Positions 1 to 8,681 of a stretch of DNA of 64,000 nucleotides are shown here, piece by piece (positions within the stretch are counted from its first letter, which is position 1; every line of letters starts with the position of its first letter). The DNA lies in NCBI GenBank assembly GCA_017993955.1, contig JAGOLR010000003.1, positions 6,878 to 70,877 on the forward strand, written 5' to 3'. Below the pieces are notes generated by a model. It saw nothing but the letters and a program-made list of their open reading frames with translations. It was not told the DNA's origin and did not search any database. Position numbers and translations under genes: made by a program. The DNA is from Candidatus Omnitrophota bacterium (lineage in GTDB: Bacteria; Omnitrophota; Gorgyraeia; 2-01-FULL-45-10).

Positions 1-241
1 AATATATATGTATGATAACCAGGTCTTCGATATCATAAGGACCCTTAAGCCTTCGGGGCGAGGGGAACTGGAGATAACGGATGTGAATAACGCCTATATT
101 AAAAGGGGCGAGCTTACGTATGGGGTTCTTGATGGCTGGTGGACCGACTCTGGCACATTCGATTCCCTTCTACGAGCTAATAACCTTGTCGCTAAAGATT
201 TCAGGCTGCATAATAAGTGCGGCACGGATGGTAATGATTAG
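1..241 (+). CDS. rfbA: glucose-1-phosphate thymidylyltransferase (RmlA), C-terminal fragment; the 5' end lies outside the window
   Basis: The translation 'ELEITDVNNAYIKRGELTYGVLDGWWTDSGTFDSLL' matches the conserved RmlA C-terminus. It is followed by rfbB/rfbD. Confidence 0.8.
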   Translation, partial: IYMYDNQVFDIIRTLKPSGRGELEITDVNNAYIKRGELTYGVLDGWWTDSGTFDSLLRANNLVAKDFRLHNKCGTDGND

Positions 242-259
242 GAGTATGGTTCAAGCTAT

Positions 260-1288
260 ATGAAAAAGATATTTGTCACCGGGTGCGCAGGGTTTATAGG
301 CTCTAATTTTGTCAGGCACATGCTTAACAAATACCCGGATTACCATATCACGAATCTTGATAAATTGACATATTGCGGTAATCTCGATAACCTTAAAGAT
401 CTTGAAGGTAATAAAAATTATAAATTTGTCAGGGGTGACATCGCGGATGAGAAGACCGTAGACGGCCTTGTAAAAGGTAGCGACGCTGTTATAAATTTTG
501 CCGCTGAGACACACGTCGACCGTTCGATAAGCGATCCTGCGTGTTTTGTCAGGACGAACGTTTTTGGTACGCATGCTCTTTTGGAAGCTGCAAAGAAGCA
601 CCGCGTGGCGCGTTATATTCAGATATCTACCGACGAGGTCTATGGGAGCATCCTCAAGGGAGAATTTAAAGAAGAAGACCCGCTTTTGCCGAACAGTCCT
701 TACTCTGCATCAAAGGCCGGCGCGGATCTTCTTGTCAGATCATACTTTGTTACCTATAAGCTCCCGGTGATAATAACCAGAAGCTCCAATAATTACGGTC
801 CTTATCAGTACCCGGAGAAAGTCATACCGCTCTTTATAACCAATCTAATAGAGGGTAAGAAGGTGCCTTTATATGCGGACGGAATGAATGTGCGGGACTG
901 GTTATATGTGATAGATAATTGCGAAGCCATAGATACAGTTCTGCATAAGGGGGAACCCGGAGAGATATATAATATAGGCGGCGGTAACGAGGTCACCAAT
1001 CTGGAACTGACGCGCACGATCCTTAAAGAACTTGGTAAAGATGAAAGTTCCATAGAATATGTCGCCGATAGGCCCGGGCATGACAAGCGCTATGCCTTAA
1101 GTATATCCAAGATAGCAAAACTTGGATGGAAACCGCGGCATGATTTTCATTCAGCGCTCCGCCTTACCGTTGAGTGGTACAAAAAAAATGCCGCGTGGTG
1201 GAATAAGCTGAAGGCGTGTAAAGTAGTTGTTCCTTCGTCATTGCGAGGGCCTGCCACAGAAGGCGGCGGCCCGAAGCAATCCAATTAA
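260..1288 (+). CDS. rfbB: dTDP-glucose 4,6-dehydratase
   Basis: N-terminal 'KIFVTGCAGFIGSNFVRHML' Rossmann motif, a YxxxK SDR core ('YSASKAGADLLVRSY') and length about 340 aa are typical of RmlB. The last about 20 codons run into a hairpin repeat element. Confidence 0.9.
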   Translation: MKKIFVTGCAGFIGSNFVRHMLNKYPDYHITNLDKLTYCGNLDNLKDLEGNKNYKFVRGDIADEKTVDGLVKGSDAVINFAAETHVDRSISDPACFVRTNVFGTHALLEAAKKHRVARYIQISTDEVYGSILKGEFKEEDPLLPNSPYSASKAGADLLVRSYFVTYKLPVIITRSSNNYGPYQYPEKVIPLFITNLIEGKKVPLYADGMNVRDWLYVIDNCEAIDTVLHKGEPGEIYNIGGGNEVTNLELTRTILKELGKDESSIEYVADRPGHDKRYALSISKIAKLGWKPRHDFHSALRLTVEWYKKNAAWWNKLKACKVVVPSSLRGPATEGGGPKQSN

Positions 1289-1290
1289 TT
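1236..1290. repeat. short hairpin-forming repeat element, copy 1 (tcgtcattgcgagggc...cccgaagcaatccaa)
   Basis: It shares the 'tcgtcattgcgagggc' and 'cccgaa(g/a)caatc(c/t)aa' blocks with the copy at 3518-3560. The core GGGCC/GGCCC arms can pair and are flanked by ATTGC/GCAAT. Confidence 0.55.
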
Positions 1291-2196
1291 ATGAAGCGTG
1301 TACTCATAATCGGCTCGAGCGGGATGCTGGGGTGCGATCTTTCTCGCGAGCTGCGGAAGTCGTATGTAGTTTGGGGTGCCGACGTAGTCCGCAGTCCACG
1401 GTCCATGGTCCACGGTTTTATAAAGTGCGACATATCGGATCGTGGGTGTGTGAGAACAATGATTAAGAAGGTCCGGCCCGATATCGTTATACATGCGGCG
1501 GCATGGACGGATGTGGACAGTTGCGAGAAGGACCCCCGCAAGGCCTATCGCATAAACCGGGATGGCACAGAAAACGTAGCCGTTGCATGCAAAAAATATA
1601 ATGCGACTCTTTTATACATAAGCACGGATTTTGTATTTAACGGCAAAAAGAATACGCCTTATAAGGAATCTGACAAGCCGGGGCCTTTGGGGGTTTATGC
1701 GGACTCAAAATTACAGGGCGAACGCGCCGTCAGGGCAAACATAAAAGACCATATAATTGTCCGCACAAGCTGGTTATACGGGAAGTGCGGAAATAATTTT
1801 GTAGATACCATAATCGCCAAGGCAGCCACTGAACCCGTGCTCAAGGTAGTCGATGACCAGGTCGGATCTCCGACATATACCAAAGACCTGGCCAAAGCGC
1901 TGCATGCACTTATTGATAAAATTTTTTCGATCAACAATAAACGAAAAACGATAAACGCACAAAGCATTTATCATATATCCAATTCCGGAGCAGTCTCCTG
2001 GTTTGATTACGCGAAGACGATCCTGCGTACGTCGCACCTGAAGACAAAAGTCGAGCCCATCTCTTCGTTGGAACTTGGCAGGCCAGCGAAGAGACCCGCA
2101 ATGTCGGCGCTGGATTGTTCAAAGTTTACTAAGTTAACAGGATTTAAGATGCGTAACTGGAAGATGGCATTGAAGGAATATCTAAGAAAGCGCTAA
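1291..2196 (+). CDS. rfbD: dTDP-4-dehydrorhamnose reductase
   Basis: 'VLIIGSSGMLGCDL...IVIHAAAWTDVDSCEKDP...YADSKLQGE' shows the RmlD pattern. It is adjacent to rfbB. It contains a short in-frame tandem repeat (gtccacggtccatggtccacgg). Confidence 0.85.
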   Translation: MKRVLIIGSSGMLGCDLSRELRKSYVVWGADVVRSPRSMVHGFIKCDISDRGCVRTMIKKVRPDIVIHAAAWTDVDSCEKDPRKAYRINRDGTENVAVACKKYNATLLYISTDFVFNGKKNTPYKESDKPGPLGVYADSKLQGERAVRANIKDHIIVRTSWLYGKCGNNFVDTIIAKAATEPVLKVVDDQVGSPTYTKDLAKALHALIDKIFSINNKRKTINAQSIYHISNSGAVSWFDYAKTILRTSHLKTKVEPISSLELGRPAKRPAMSALDCSKFTKLTGFKMRNWKMALKEYLRKR

Positions 2197-2205
2197 AGGG
2201 GAATT

Positions 2206-3510
2206 ATGGTAAAAGAACTGAAAAAAAAGATACTCGATAAAAAAGCGGTTGTCGGGATCATAGGATTGGGATATGTCGGCTTGCCTCTTGCGGTGACTTT
2301 CGCTAAGGGTGGATTCAAGGTATATGGCATAGATATAGATAAGCATCGCGTTGAACGTCTGAAAGAAGGCGAGACGCATATACTGGATGTATCCATAGAC
2401 GATGTTATCGAGACTATGCGCGCCAAAAGATTTATTCCAACGACCGATGCGTCGGTTATAAAGAGTGCCGACGCGGTCATAATATGTGTTCCAACCCCTT
2501 TAAATAAGACCAAGGAGCCGGATGTATCGTTCATAGTATCTGCCGTAGAGAGTATCAAAAAGCATATGAAGCGCGGCCAGATAATAGTGCTTGAGTCGAC
2601 CACATACCCGGGTACTACAGATGAGGTGATGTTACCTGTCCTTGAGGCCGATGGGATGAAAGAGGGGAAAGATTTTTTCCTTGCCTTCTCGCCTGAAAGG
2701 GTCGACCCCGGCAATCCTCACTACAAGACGGAAAATACCCCAAAGGTCATAGGGGGGTTATCTCCTGCTTCAACGGAACTTGCCCAGGCCCTGTATTCGC
2801 AAGTGATCGATAAGATAGTTCCCGTATCATCCGCGAAAGTCGCGGAGATGGTAAAGCTCCTCGAAAATACCTTCCGGATAGTTAACATAGGGCTGGTCAA
2901 CGAGATAATGCTGATGTGCGATAAGCTCGGCATCGACGTATGGGAGGTTATAGACGCGGCTAAGACCAAACCTTATGGCTTTATGCCTTTTTATCCTGGA
3001 CCCGGAGTCGGGGGGCATTGCATACCCGTCGATCCCATATATCTATCTTGGAAGGCCAGGGGGCACGGTTTTGAAGCGCGTTTTATAGATCTTGCTTCGC
3101 ATGTTAACTCGCAGATGCCTCATTATGTAGTCGAGAAGGTAACGTCTGGTTTGAACGAGCATAGGAAATCCTTGAACGGTTCCAAGGTATTGGTTCTCGG
3201 TGTAGCATATAAAAAGGATGTCAAAGATCTCAGGGAATCGCCCTCTATTGAAATAATAGCGCTTCTGCAGAAGAAGGGGGCAAAAGTTTCTTATTACGAC
3301 CCTCTTTTGCCGTATCTTAAAATGGACGGCATAGATCTCGATTCGGTAAAATTTACGAAAGATGTTTTTAGATCGGCGGATTGCGTCGTGATCGTGACTG
3401 ACCATTCGAATGTCGATTATGATTTTATCCTCGATAGTTCGAAACTCGTTATCGATACGCGCAATGTCTTGAAGCATGTCGAAAAGAGAGATAGGATAAT
3501 TAAATTGTAA
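2206..3510 (+). CDS. UDP-N-acetyl-D-glucosamine (or ManNAc) 6-dehydrogenase, WbpA/TviB/WecC family nucleotide-sugar dehydrogenase
   Basis: The 'VGIIGLGYVGLPLAVTFA' NAD-binding N-terminus resembles the TviB/WbpA type rather than the Ugd GxGYVGL type. It has the catalytic Cys region 'GPGVGGHCIPVDP'. Length is 434 aa. Confidence 0.8.
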   Translation: MVKELKKKILDKKAVVGIIGLGYVGLPLAVTFAKGGFKVYGIDIDKHRVERLKEGETHILDVSIDDVIETMRAKRFIPTTDASVIKSADAVIICVPTPLNKTKEPDVSFIVSAVESIKKHMKRGQIIVLESTTYPGTTDEVMLPVLEADGMKEGKDFFLAFSPERVDPGNPHYKTENTPKVIGGLSPASTELAQALYSQVIDKIVPVSSAKVAEMVKLLENTFRIVNIGLVNEIMLMCDKLGIDVWEVIDAAKTKPYGFMPFYPGPGVGGHCIPVDPIYLSWKARGHGFEARFIDLASHVNSQMPHYVVEKVTSGLNEHRKSLNGSKVLVLGVAYKKDVKDLRESPSIEIIALLQKKGAKVSYYDPLLPYLKMDGIDLDSVKFTKDVFRSADCVVIVTDHSNVDYDFILDSSKLVIDTRNVLKHVEKRDRIIKL

Positions 3511-3517
3511 TGCTTAC

Positions 3518-3560
3518 TGGTTATCATCGTCATTGCGAGGGCGAAGCCCGAAACAATCTA
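3518..3560. repeat. short hairpin-forming repeat element, copy 2 (tcgtcattgcgagggcgaagcccgaaacaatctaa)
   Basis: It contains the GGGC-GAA-GCCC mini-hairpin (GCGAAGC-type). It is homologous to the copy at 1236-1290 and is intergenic. Confidence 0.55.
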
Positions 3561-3585
3561 ACAAATATCAACATGAGGATTTCTT

Positions 3586-4518
3586 ATGGGACACTATTTA
3601 GTTACCGGCGGCGCCGGGTTTATAGGTTCGAATATCGTTGAAGAGCTGGTAAGACGCGGCAAGAAAGTCCGTGTCCTGGATAATTTTATAACCGGCAAGA
3701 TGGAAAATATAAAGCCATTTCTTAATAAGATAGAGTTGGTAAAGGGGGATATAAGGGACCGAAGCACCCTCAGAAGGGCCTTTAAGGGTATCGACTATGT
3801 CATTCACCAGGCGGCCTTAAGGTCTGTGCCAAAGTCAGTCGACGATCCATTTACTACAAATGATATAAATGTCGCCGGCACTTTGAATGTACTCTACGAA
3901 GCCAAGATGGCCAAAGTGAAGAGGGTGGTGTATGCATCATCAAGCTCTGCCTACGGCGACGCAAAACATTTTCCGCAGCGGGAGACCGACACCCCGGAAC
4001 CGATATCCCCGTATGGAGTTTCGAAGCTTGCAGCCGAACACTATTGCGTTACCTTCGCAAAAACCTTCGGTCTTGAAACGGTCTCTCTGCGTTATTTCAA
4101 TGTATTCGGACCGCGCCAGAATCCGGAGTCGAAATATTCCGCAGTTATACCCATCTTTATATTTAATATGATAAGGGGGGAGTCACCGGTAGTCGATTGG
4201 GACGGTAAACAGTCCAGGGATTTCACATATGTCGCCAATGTCGTGGAGGCGAATATCAGGTCTTGCACCGCTAAAGGCGTTTCCGGAGAGGTCTTTAATG
4301 TGGCCTGCGGCACGACGACTTCGGTGAATGATATAGTAAGACAACTGAACAGGCTTCTCGGGAAAAAGATTAAGCCCGTCTTTGCGCTAAAACGTCACGG
4401 CGATGTGAGGAAGACATACGCGAGCGTTTCAAAGATGAGGAAACTTCTTGGAATAAAAAAACTGGTAGGTTTTAATGAGGGCCTTGAGCGTACGCTCGAA
4501 TGGTTTCTGGAGAAATGA
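3586..4518 (+). CDS. NAD-dependent sugar epimerase, WbpP/TviC-like (UDP-GlcNAc(A) 4-epimerase family)
   Basis: '[18 protein letters not shown]...[13 protein letters not shown]' and the YxxxK motif ('[11 protein letters not shown]') are present. It is paired with a TviB/WbpA-like dehydrogenase immediately upstream. Confidence 0.75.
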   Translation: MGHYLVTGGAGFIGSNIVEELVRRGKKVRVLDNFITGKMENIKPFLNKIELVKGDIRDRSTLRRAFKGIDYVIHQAALRSVPKSVDDPFTTNDINVAGTLNVLYEAKMAKVKRVVYASSSSAYGDAKHFPQRETDTPEPISPYGVSKLAAEHYCVTFAKTFGLETVSLRYFNVFGPRQNPESKYSAVIPIFIFNMIRGESPVVDWDGKQSRDFTYVANVVEANIRSCTAKGVSGEVFNVACGTTTSVNDIVRQLNRLLGKKIKPVFALKRHGDVRKTYASVSKMRKLLGIKKLVGFNEGLERTLEWFLEK

Positions 4519-5450
4519 AAAAACGAGTGCTGATTACCGGCGGCGCCGGATTTATCGGATCGCATTTATGCGACCTGTTCTTAGGCAAGGGATACAGCGT
4601 AATCTGCGTCGATAACCTGATCACGGGTAAGATGGCGAATATAAGCCATCTGATTCAAGATAAAAATTTCGATTTTGTTAAACACAATGTATCCGAACAT
4701 ATCACAGTGAAGGGGAGAATAGATTACGTTCTCCATTTCGCATCCCCCGCAAGCCCCATAGATTACCTTAAATACCCGATACCTACGCTTAAAGTCGGTT
4801 CGCTGGGGACGCATAATGCCCTGGGCCTGGCAAAGGCGAAAAAGGCCGTCTTCCTTTTGGCATCTACAAGTGAAGTTTACGGCGATCCTCTTGTTAACCC
4901 CCAGCCTGAGTCATATTGGGGAAACGTGAATCCCGTCGGGCCTCGCGGCGTATATGACGAGGCGAAGAGGTTTGCCGAAGCCATGACTATGGCCTATCAC
5001 CGCTATCACGGGCTTGATTGCAAAATAGTCAGGATATTTAATACATATGGGCCGCGAATGCGCGAAAACGATGGCCGCGCCATCCCGAATTTTATCAGCC
5101 AGGCGCTTAGCGGAAAGCCTATCACTGTTTACGGCGATGGCTCACAGACGAGAAGCTTTTGTTATGTTTCGGATCTTGTCGACGGGCTTTATAGGCTTCT
5201 TATGTCACGTGAAAATGATCCGGTAAATATCGGGAATCCTAACGAGATGACGCTCCTCGAGCTTGCGAATTTGATAATTAAACTAACTGGTTCGAGAAGT
5301 AAGATAGTTTATAAAAAATTACCTGTGGACGATCCAAAGGTAAGACGTCCGAATATATATAAGGCAAAAAAAGAGCTGGGTTGGAGACCGGGGGTAGGTC
5401 TCAAACAAGGGCTGATAAGAACGATATCCTATTTTAAGGAGCTGAAATAA
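4515..5450 (+). CDS. UDP-glucuronate decarboxylase (UDP-xylose synthase, UXS/ArnA-decarboxylase family)
   Basis: There is near-collinear similarity to UXS1: '[17 protein letters not shown]', '[10 protein letters not shown]', '[11 protein letters not shown]', '[10 protein letters not shown]', '[10 protein letters not shown]'. The start is taken at the ATG overlapping the upstream stop (ATGA). Confidence 0.9.
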   Translation: MKKRVLITGGAGFIGSHLCDLFLGKGYSVICVDNLITGKMANISHLIQDKNFDFVKHNVSEHITVKGRIDYVLHFASPASPIDYLKYPIPTLKVGSLGTHNALGLAKAKKAVFLLASTSEVYGDPLVNPQPESYWGNVNPVGPRGVYDEAKRFAEAMTMAYHRYHGLDCKIVRIFNTYGPRMRENDGRAIPNFISQALSGKPITVYGDGSQTRSFCYVSDLVDGLYRLLMSRENDPVNIGNPNEMTLLELANLIIKLTGSRSKIVYKKLPVDDPKVRRPNIYKAKKELGWRPGVGLKQGLIRTISYFKELK

Positions 5451-6566
5451 GTGCATATACCATTATTAGACCTCAAGGCGCAGTACGCAACTATAAAAAA
5501 TGAAGTCGAAGTTGCGATTAAGAATGTCGTGGAGAACCAGGATTTTATTCTGGGAGAAGAGGTAAAGAATTTGGAGAGGGAGGTTGCGGTATATTGCGGC
5601 ACAAAATATGGCGTTGGAGTAGCTTCGGGTACCGATGCGCTCATACTTGCTCTTAGAGCACTGGATGTGGGTCCCGGAGATGAAGTGGTAACGACCCCTT
5701 TTACATTCTTTGCTACCGCTGAATCTATATCGATTGTCGGCGCTAAGCCGGTATTTGTGGATATAGATCCCAAGACTTATAACATAAACGCAGATTTAAT
5801 AGAAAAAAGTATAACAAAAAAGACGAAAGCCATAATCCCGGTCCATTTATACGGTCAATGTGCCGAGATGGATCCCATAATTAATATAGCCAAGAAATAC
5901 AACCTTAAAATCATCGAAGATGCGGCTCAAGCCATAGGGGCGGCTTATAAAGGCAGAAAGGCCGGTTCGATAGGCGATATCGGAGCGCTCAGTTTTTTCC
6001 CGAGCAAGAACCTTGGCGGTTTTGGTGACGGGGGGATGGTAGTTACCGATGATGGGAAAATTGCCGATCGCGTAAGGACATTGCGTGTTCATGGCAGCTC
6101 GGTACGGTATATTCATTCCGAAATAGGAATGAATTCCCGGCTAGATAATCTCCAGGCTGCGATTTTGAGGATTAAGTTAAAGCACCTTGATAAATGGTTG
6201 GGTGGAAGGAGACAATTGGCATCGTTTTATAAGGAAAAATTTACGAAACTTCCTATCGAGTGTCCAGGTGTTCCGGATTATAGTATTCATACATATCACC
6301 AATACACTCTTAGGGTTTGCGATGGGGTTCCTGGAACAAAAGAAAAGCTGACAAGATTTTTACAAGACGGCGGAATAGAGGCAAGAACGTATTATCCCAT
6401 ACCTCTTCACCTTCAGGACTGTTATAAGCCTTTGGGGTACAAAACGGGGGACATGAATGAATCGGAAAGCGCTTCAAAGGAAGTCTTTTCTATTCCGATT
6501 TTTCCAGAGATATCTATAGCTCAAAGAGACTATATAGTTGACAGGATGGGAAGATTCTTTAAATGA
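5451..6566 (+). CDS. DegT/DnrJ/EryC1/StrS family PLP-dependent sugar aminotransferase (WbpE-like); GTG start
   Basis: 'LLDLKAQYATIKNEVEVAI...GVASGTDALILALRAL' is present. The PLP-Lys region is 'SFFPSKNLGGFGDGG'. Confidence 0.85.
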   Translation: MHIPLLDLKAQYATIKNEVEVAIKNVVENQDFILGEEVKNLEREVAVYCGTKYGVGVASGTDALILALRALDVGPGDEVVTTPFTFFATAESISIVGAKPVFVDIDPKTYNINADLIEKSITKKTKAIIPVHLYGQCAEMDPIINIAKKYNLKIIEDAAQAIGAAYKGRKAGSIGDIGALSFFPSKNLGGFGDGGMVVTDDGKIADRVRTLRVHGSSVRYIHSEIGMNSRLDNLQAAILRIKLKHLDKWLGGRRQLASFYKEKFTKLPIECPGVPDYSIHTYHQYTLRVCDGVPGTKEKLTRFLQDGGIEARTYYPIPLHLQDCYKPLGYKTGDMNESESASKEVFSIPIFPEISIAQRDYIVDRMGRFFK

Positions 6567-6579
6567 AAAAACGGGAGCT

Positions 6580-7614
6580 ATGAGTATGGTAACTCTTGGA
6601 CAAATCGGAGTTGGAGTATGGGGTAAAAACCATTTGCGTAATTACTCTATGATGAACGAATGCAGGGTCAAGATTTGTTGCGACAAGAATAAAAAAGTTT
6701 TAGATATGGTCAAGTCGGATTATAAAGGTGAGATACGAACTACCTGCGATCCGGAAGATATATTTAATGATCCTCAAATCGATGGCGTTGTGATTGCGAC
6801 TCTTCCAGACACTCACGCAGCGTTGGCCATAAAGGCTATGAACAGCGGAAAACATGTATTTATAGAAAAACCTCTTGCTATGAGCACCGCTGAGGGGGTC
6901 CGGATAAAGAAAGCCGCTGAAAAAAGCAAAAAAATATGCATGGTTGGTCATATTCTCCTTTATCACCCCGCGGTTTTAGCGTTAAAAAAATATATAAATA
7001 ACGGATACTTGGGAGATATCCTTTATATATACTCATCTAGGGTCAATCTCGGGCAGGTGCGCAAAGAAGAGAACGCTTTATGGAGCCTCACCTCACACGA
7101 TATTTCTGTAGTTCTTTATCTTTTAGGTAAGTTCCCTGAAAGTGTTTCAGCCGTGGGCGCTTCCTATTTAAGAAAAAACATTGATGATGTGGTTTTTGTA
7201 AATCTTTTTTTTGCTAACAATAAAATTGCTCATATACATGCCAGTTGGTTGGATCCGCATAAAATACGTCAGTTTACAGTTGTGGGGTCTAAGAAGATGG
7301 CAGTTTTTAACGATATGGAAGCGTCCGAAAAACTGAAGATATATGATAAGGGCTTTGATAAGATCATGGATAAAAATTCTTATGAGTCATTTCTTGCTAT
7401 ACGTAGCGGCGACGTCTTATCTCCTAAGATAGATATTGAAGAGCCACTTAAACGGGAATGCATGTATTTCCTGAAATGTATTAATGATAATCGTCAGCCT
7501 CTTACTAATGTTAACAACGGAATAGAAGTGCTGAAAATATTGGAAGCTGCTCAAAAATCGCTCGATAGTGGCGGAAGAAATATTGCACTGAGACAAAGCC
7601 CCAGGTGCAGATGA
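6580..7614 (+). CDS. Gfo/Idh/MocA family NAD-dependent oxidoreductase (WbpB-like UDP-sugar 3-dehydrogenase). The start is uncertain: ATG at 6580 or 6586, or TTG at 6538
   Basis: 'IGVGVWGKNHL' Rossmann motif and 'HVFIEKPLAMSTAEG' are present. A GGGAG Shine-Dalgarno sits at 6573-6577. Confidence 0.8.
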   Translation: MSMVTLGQIGVGVWGKNHLRNYSMMNECRVKICCDKNKKVLDMVKSDYKGEIRTTCDPEDIFNDPQIDGVVIATLPDTHAALAIKAMNSGKHVFIEKPLAMSTAEGVRIKKAAEKSKKICMVGHILLYHPAVLALKKYINNGYLGDILYIYSSRVNLGQVRKEENALWSLTSHDISVVLYLLGKFPESVSAVGASYLRKNIDDVVFVNLFFANNKIAHIHASWLDPHKIRQFTVVGSKKMAVFNDMEASEKLKIYDKGFDKIMDKNSYESFLAIRSGDVLSPKIDIEEPLKRECMYFLKCINDNRQPLTNVNNGIEVLKILEAAQKSLDSGGRNIALRQSPRCR

Positions 7615-8189
7615 AAAAGAGCTATTTTGTTCATAAAACAGCAATATTGGATAACGGTGCCGATGTAGGTGCAGGCACCCAGATATGGCATTTCAGTCAC
7701 ATTGCTTCCGGTGCCAGGATAGGCAAGAATTGCAAGATAGGTCAGAATGTTTACATAGCGTCTGGTGTTCATATAGGGGACAATGTAAAGATACAGAATA
7801 ATGTTTCTATATATGAAGGCGTAATATTGGAGGATAACGTTTTTTGCGGGCCATCCTGCGTTTTCACTAATATCATAAATCCACGCTGTCTTTATCCAAG
7901 AAACAGTAAGGCTTTTTACAGGCCGACCATAGTAAAGAATGGATCCTCAATAGGAGCAAACGCCACAATAGTGTGCGGGGTCACCCTGGAAAGCAATTCA
8001 TTTGTTGGGGCCGGGTCTGTCGTGACCAGTAATATACCGGCTTTTGGATTAGTTTATGGTAATCCTGCCAGGCTAAAGGGGTGGATATGCAGCTGCGGCG
8101 AAAAACTTGAATTCAGAGGTAAATCCGTGAAATGCAAAATATGTTCGCGTAAATTCATAAAAGAAAAGAACGAAGTAAAAGTTGTTTAG
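7605..8189 (+). CDS. left-handed beta-helix (hexapeptide) N-acetyltransferase, WbpD/WlbB-like
   Basis: Hexapeptide repeats 'AILDNGADVGAGTQIWHFSHIASGARIGKNCKIGQNVYIASGVHIGDNVKI' are present. It is adjacent to the WbpB/WbpE-like genes. Confidence 0.8.
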   Translation: MQMKKSYFVHKTAILDNGADVGAGTQIWHFSHIASGARIGKNCKIGQNVYIASGVHIGDNVKIQNNVSIYEGVILEDNVFCGPSCVFTNIINPRCLYPRNSKAFYRPTIVKNGSSIGANATIVCGVTLESNSFVGAGSVVTSNIPAFGLVYGNPARLKGWICSCGEKLEFRGKSVKCKICSRKFIKEKNEVKVV

Positions 8190-8252
8190 GTGCCATCTCT
8201 TCAAAAATCACTCATCTTTCCAAAAATATCCTTAAGCGCAGGTACAATTATA

Positions 8253-8281
8253 TTGACTCATCGGTCTTTCTTTGCTACCAT
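8253..8281 (+). promoter_or_regulatory. candidate sigma70 promoter: TTGACT-N17-TACCAT
   Basis: TTGACT (8253-8258), a 17-nt spacer, and TACCAT (8276-8281). It lies in a 112-nt non-coding gap about 20 nt upstream of the MarR-EPS regulator ATG. Confidence 0.45.
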
Positions 8282-8301
8282 ATGTTCAATTAGTGAACAC
8301 A

Positions 8302-8681
8302 TGAATAAAAAATACGATATATTAAATTCTGAAAAAGTCCTGCTTATCCTGAAAGAGATAGAATCCAATCCTCAGGTTACACAGCGTTACTTATCCAAGA
8401 GGTGTTCTATAAGCCTGGGGAAAGTGAATTACCTCATCAACGCGCTTCTCTGTAAAGGCATACTTAAAGTACAGAACTTTAAGAATTCCAAAAGCAAAAT
8501 TGCTTATATGTATCTTTTTACTCCATACGGAGTAAAAACTAAATTTGATCTTACCCGTAGGTTTTTAGAGTTTAAGATACAGGAATATGCTAAGCTTAAA
8601 GAAGAGATTGAGAATTTTAAAAAAGAGGTTGGTTCTCCAATGGCGGTCAATGTTTGCGATGGAGGCGTTGATGTCGAATAA
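8302..8681 (+). CDS. MarR-family winged-helix transcriptional regulator, EPS-locus-associated type
   Basis: 'LNSEKVLLILKEIESNPQVTQRYLSKRCSISLGKVNYLINALLCKGIL' contains an HTH and is about 126 aa. The ATG at 8302 is preferred over the longer ORF-track start at 8190. Confidence 0.7.

Noticed and set aside
1227-1466. 79-aa + strand ORF overlapping the rfbB/rfbD junction
   Set aside because: It is created by the hairpin repeat element and is out of frame with both real genes. It has no support.
2193-2714. 173-aa minus-strand ORF, plus many other 60-180-aa minus-strand ORFs throughout
   Set aside because: All are antisense to strongly supported + strand genes with clear family motifs. None has a plausible RBS or domain signature.
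8190-8301. N-terminal extension of the MarR-like ORF (the ORF track start at 8190)
   Set aside because: The extension contains the TTGACT-N17-TACCAT promoter-like element and is not part of the winged-helix fold. The ATG at 8302 gives a normal-length regulator.
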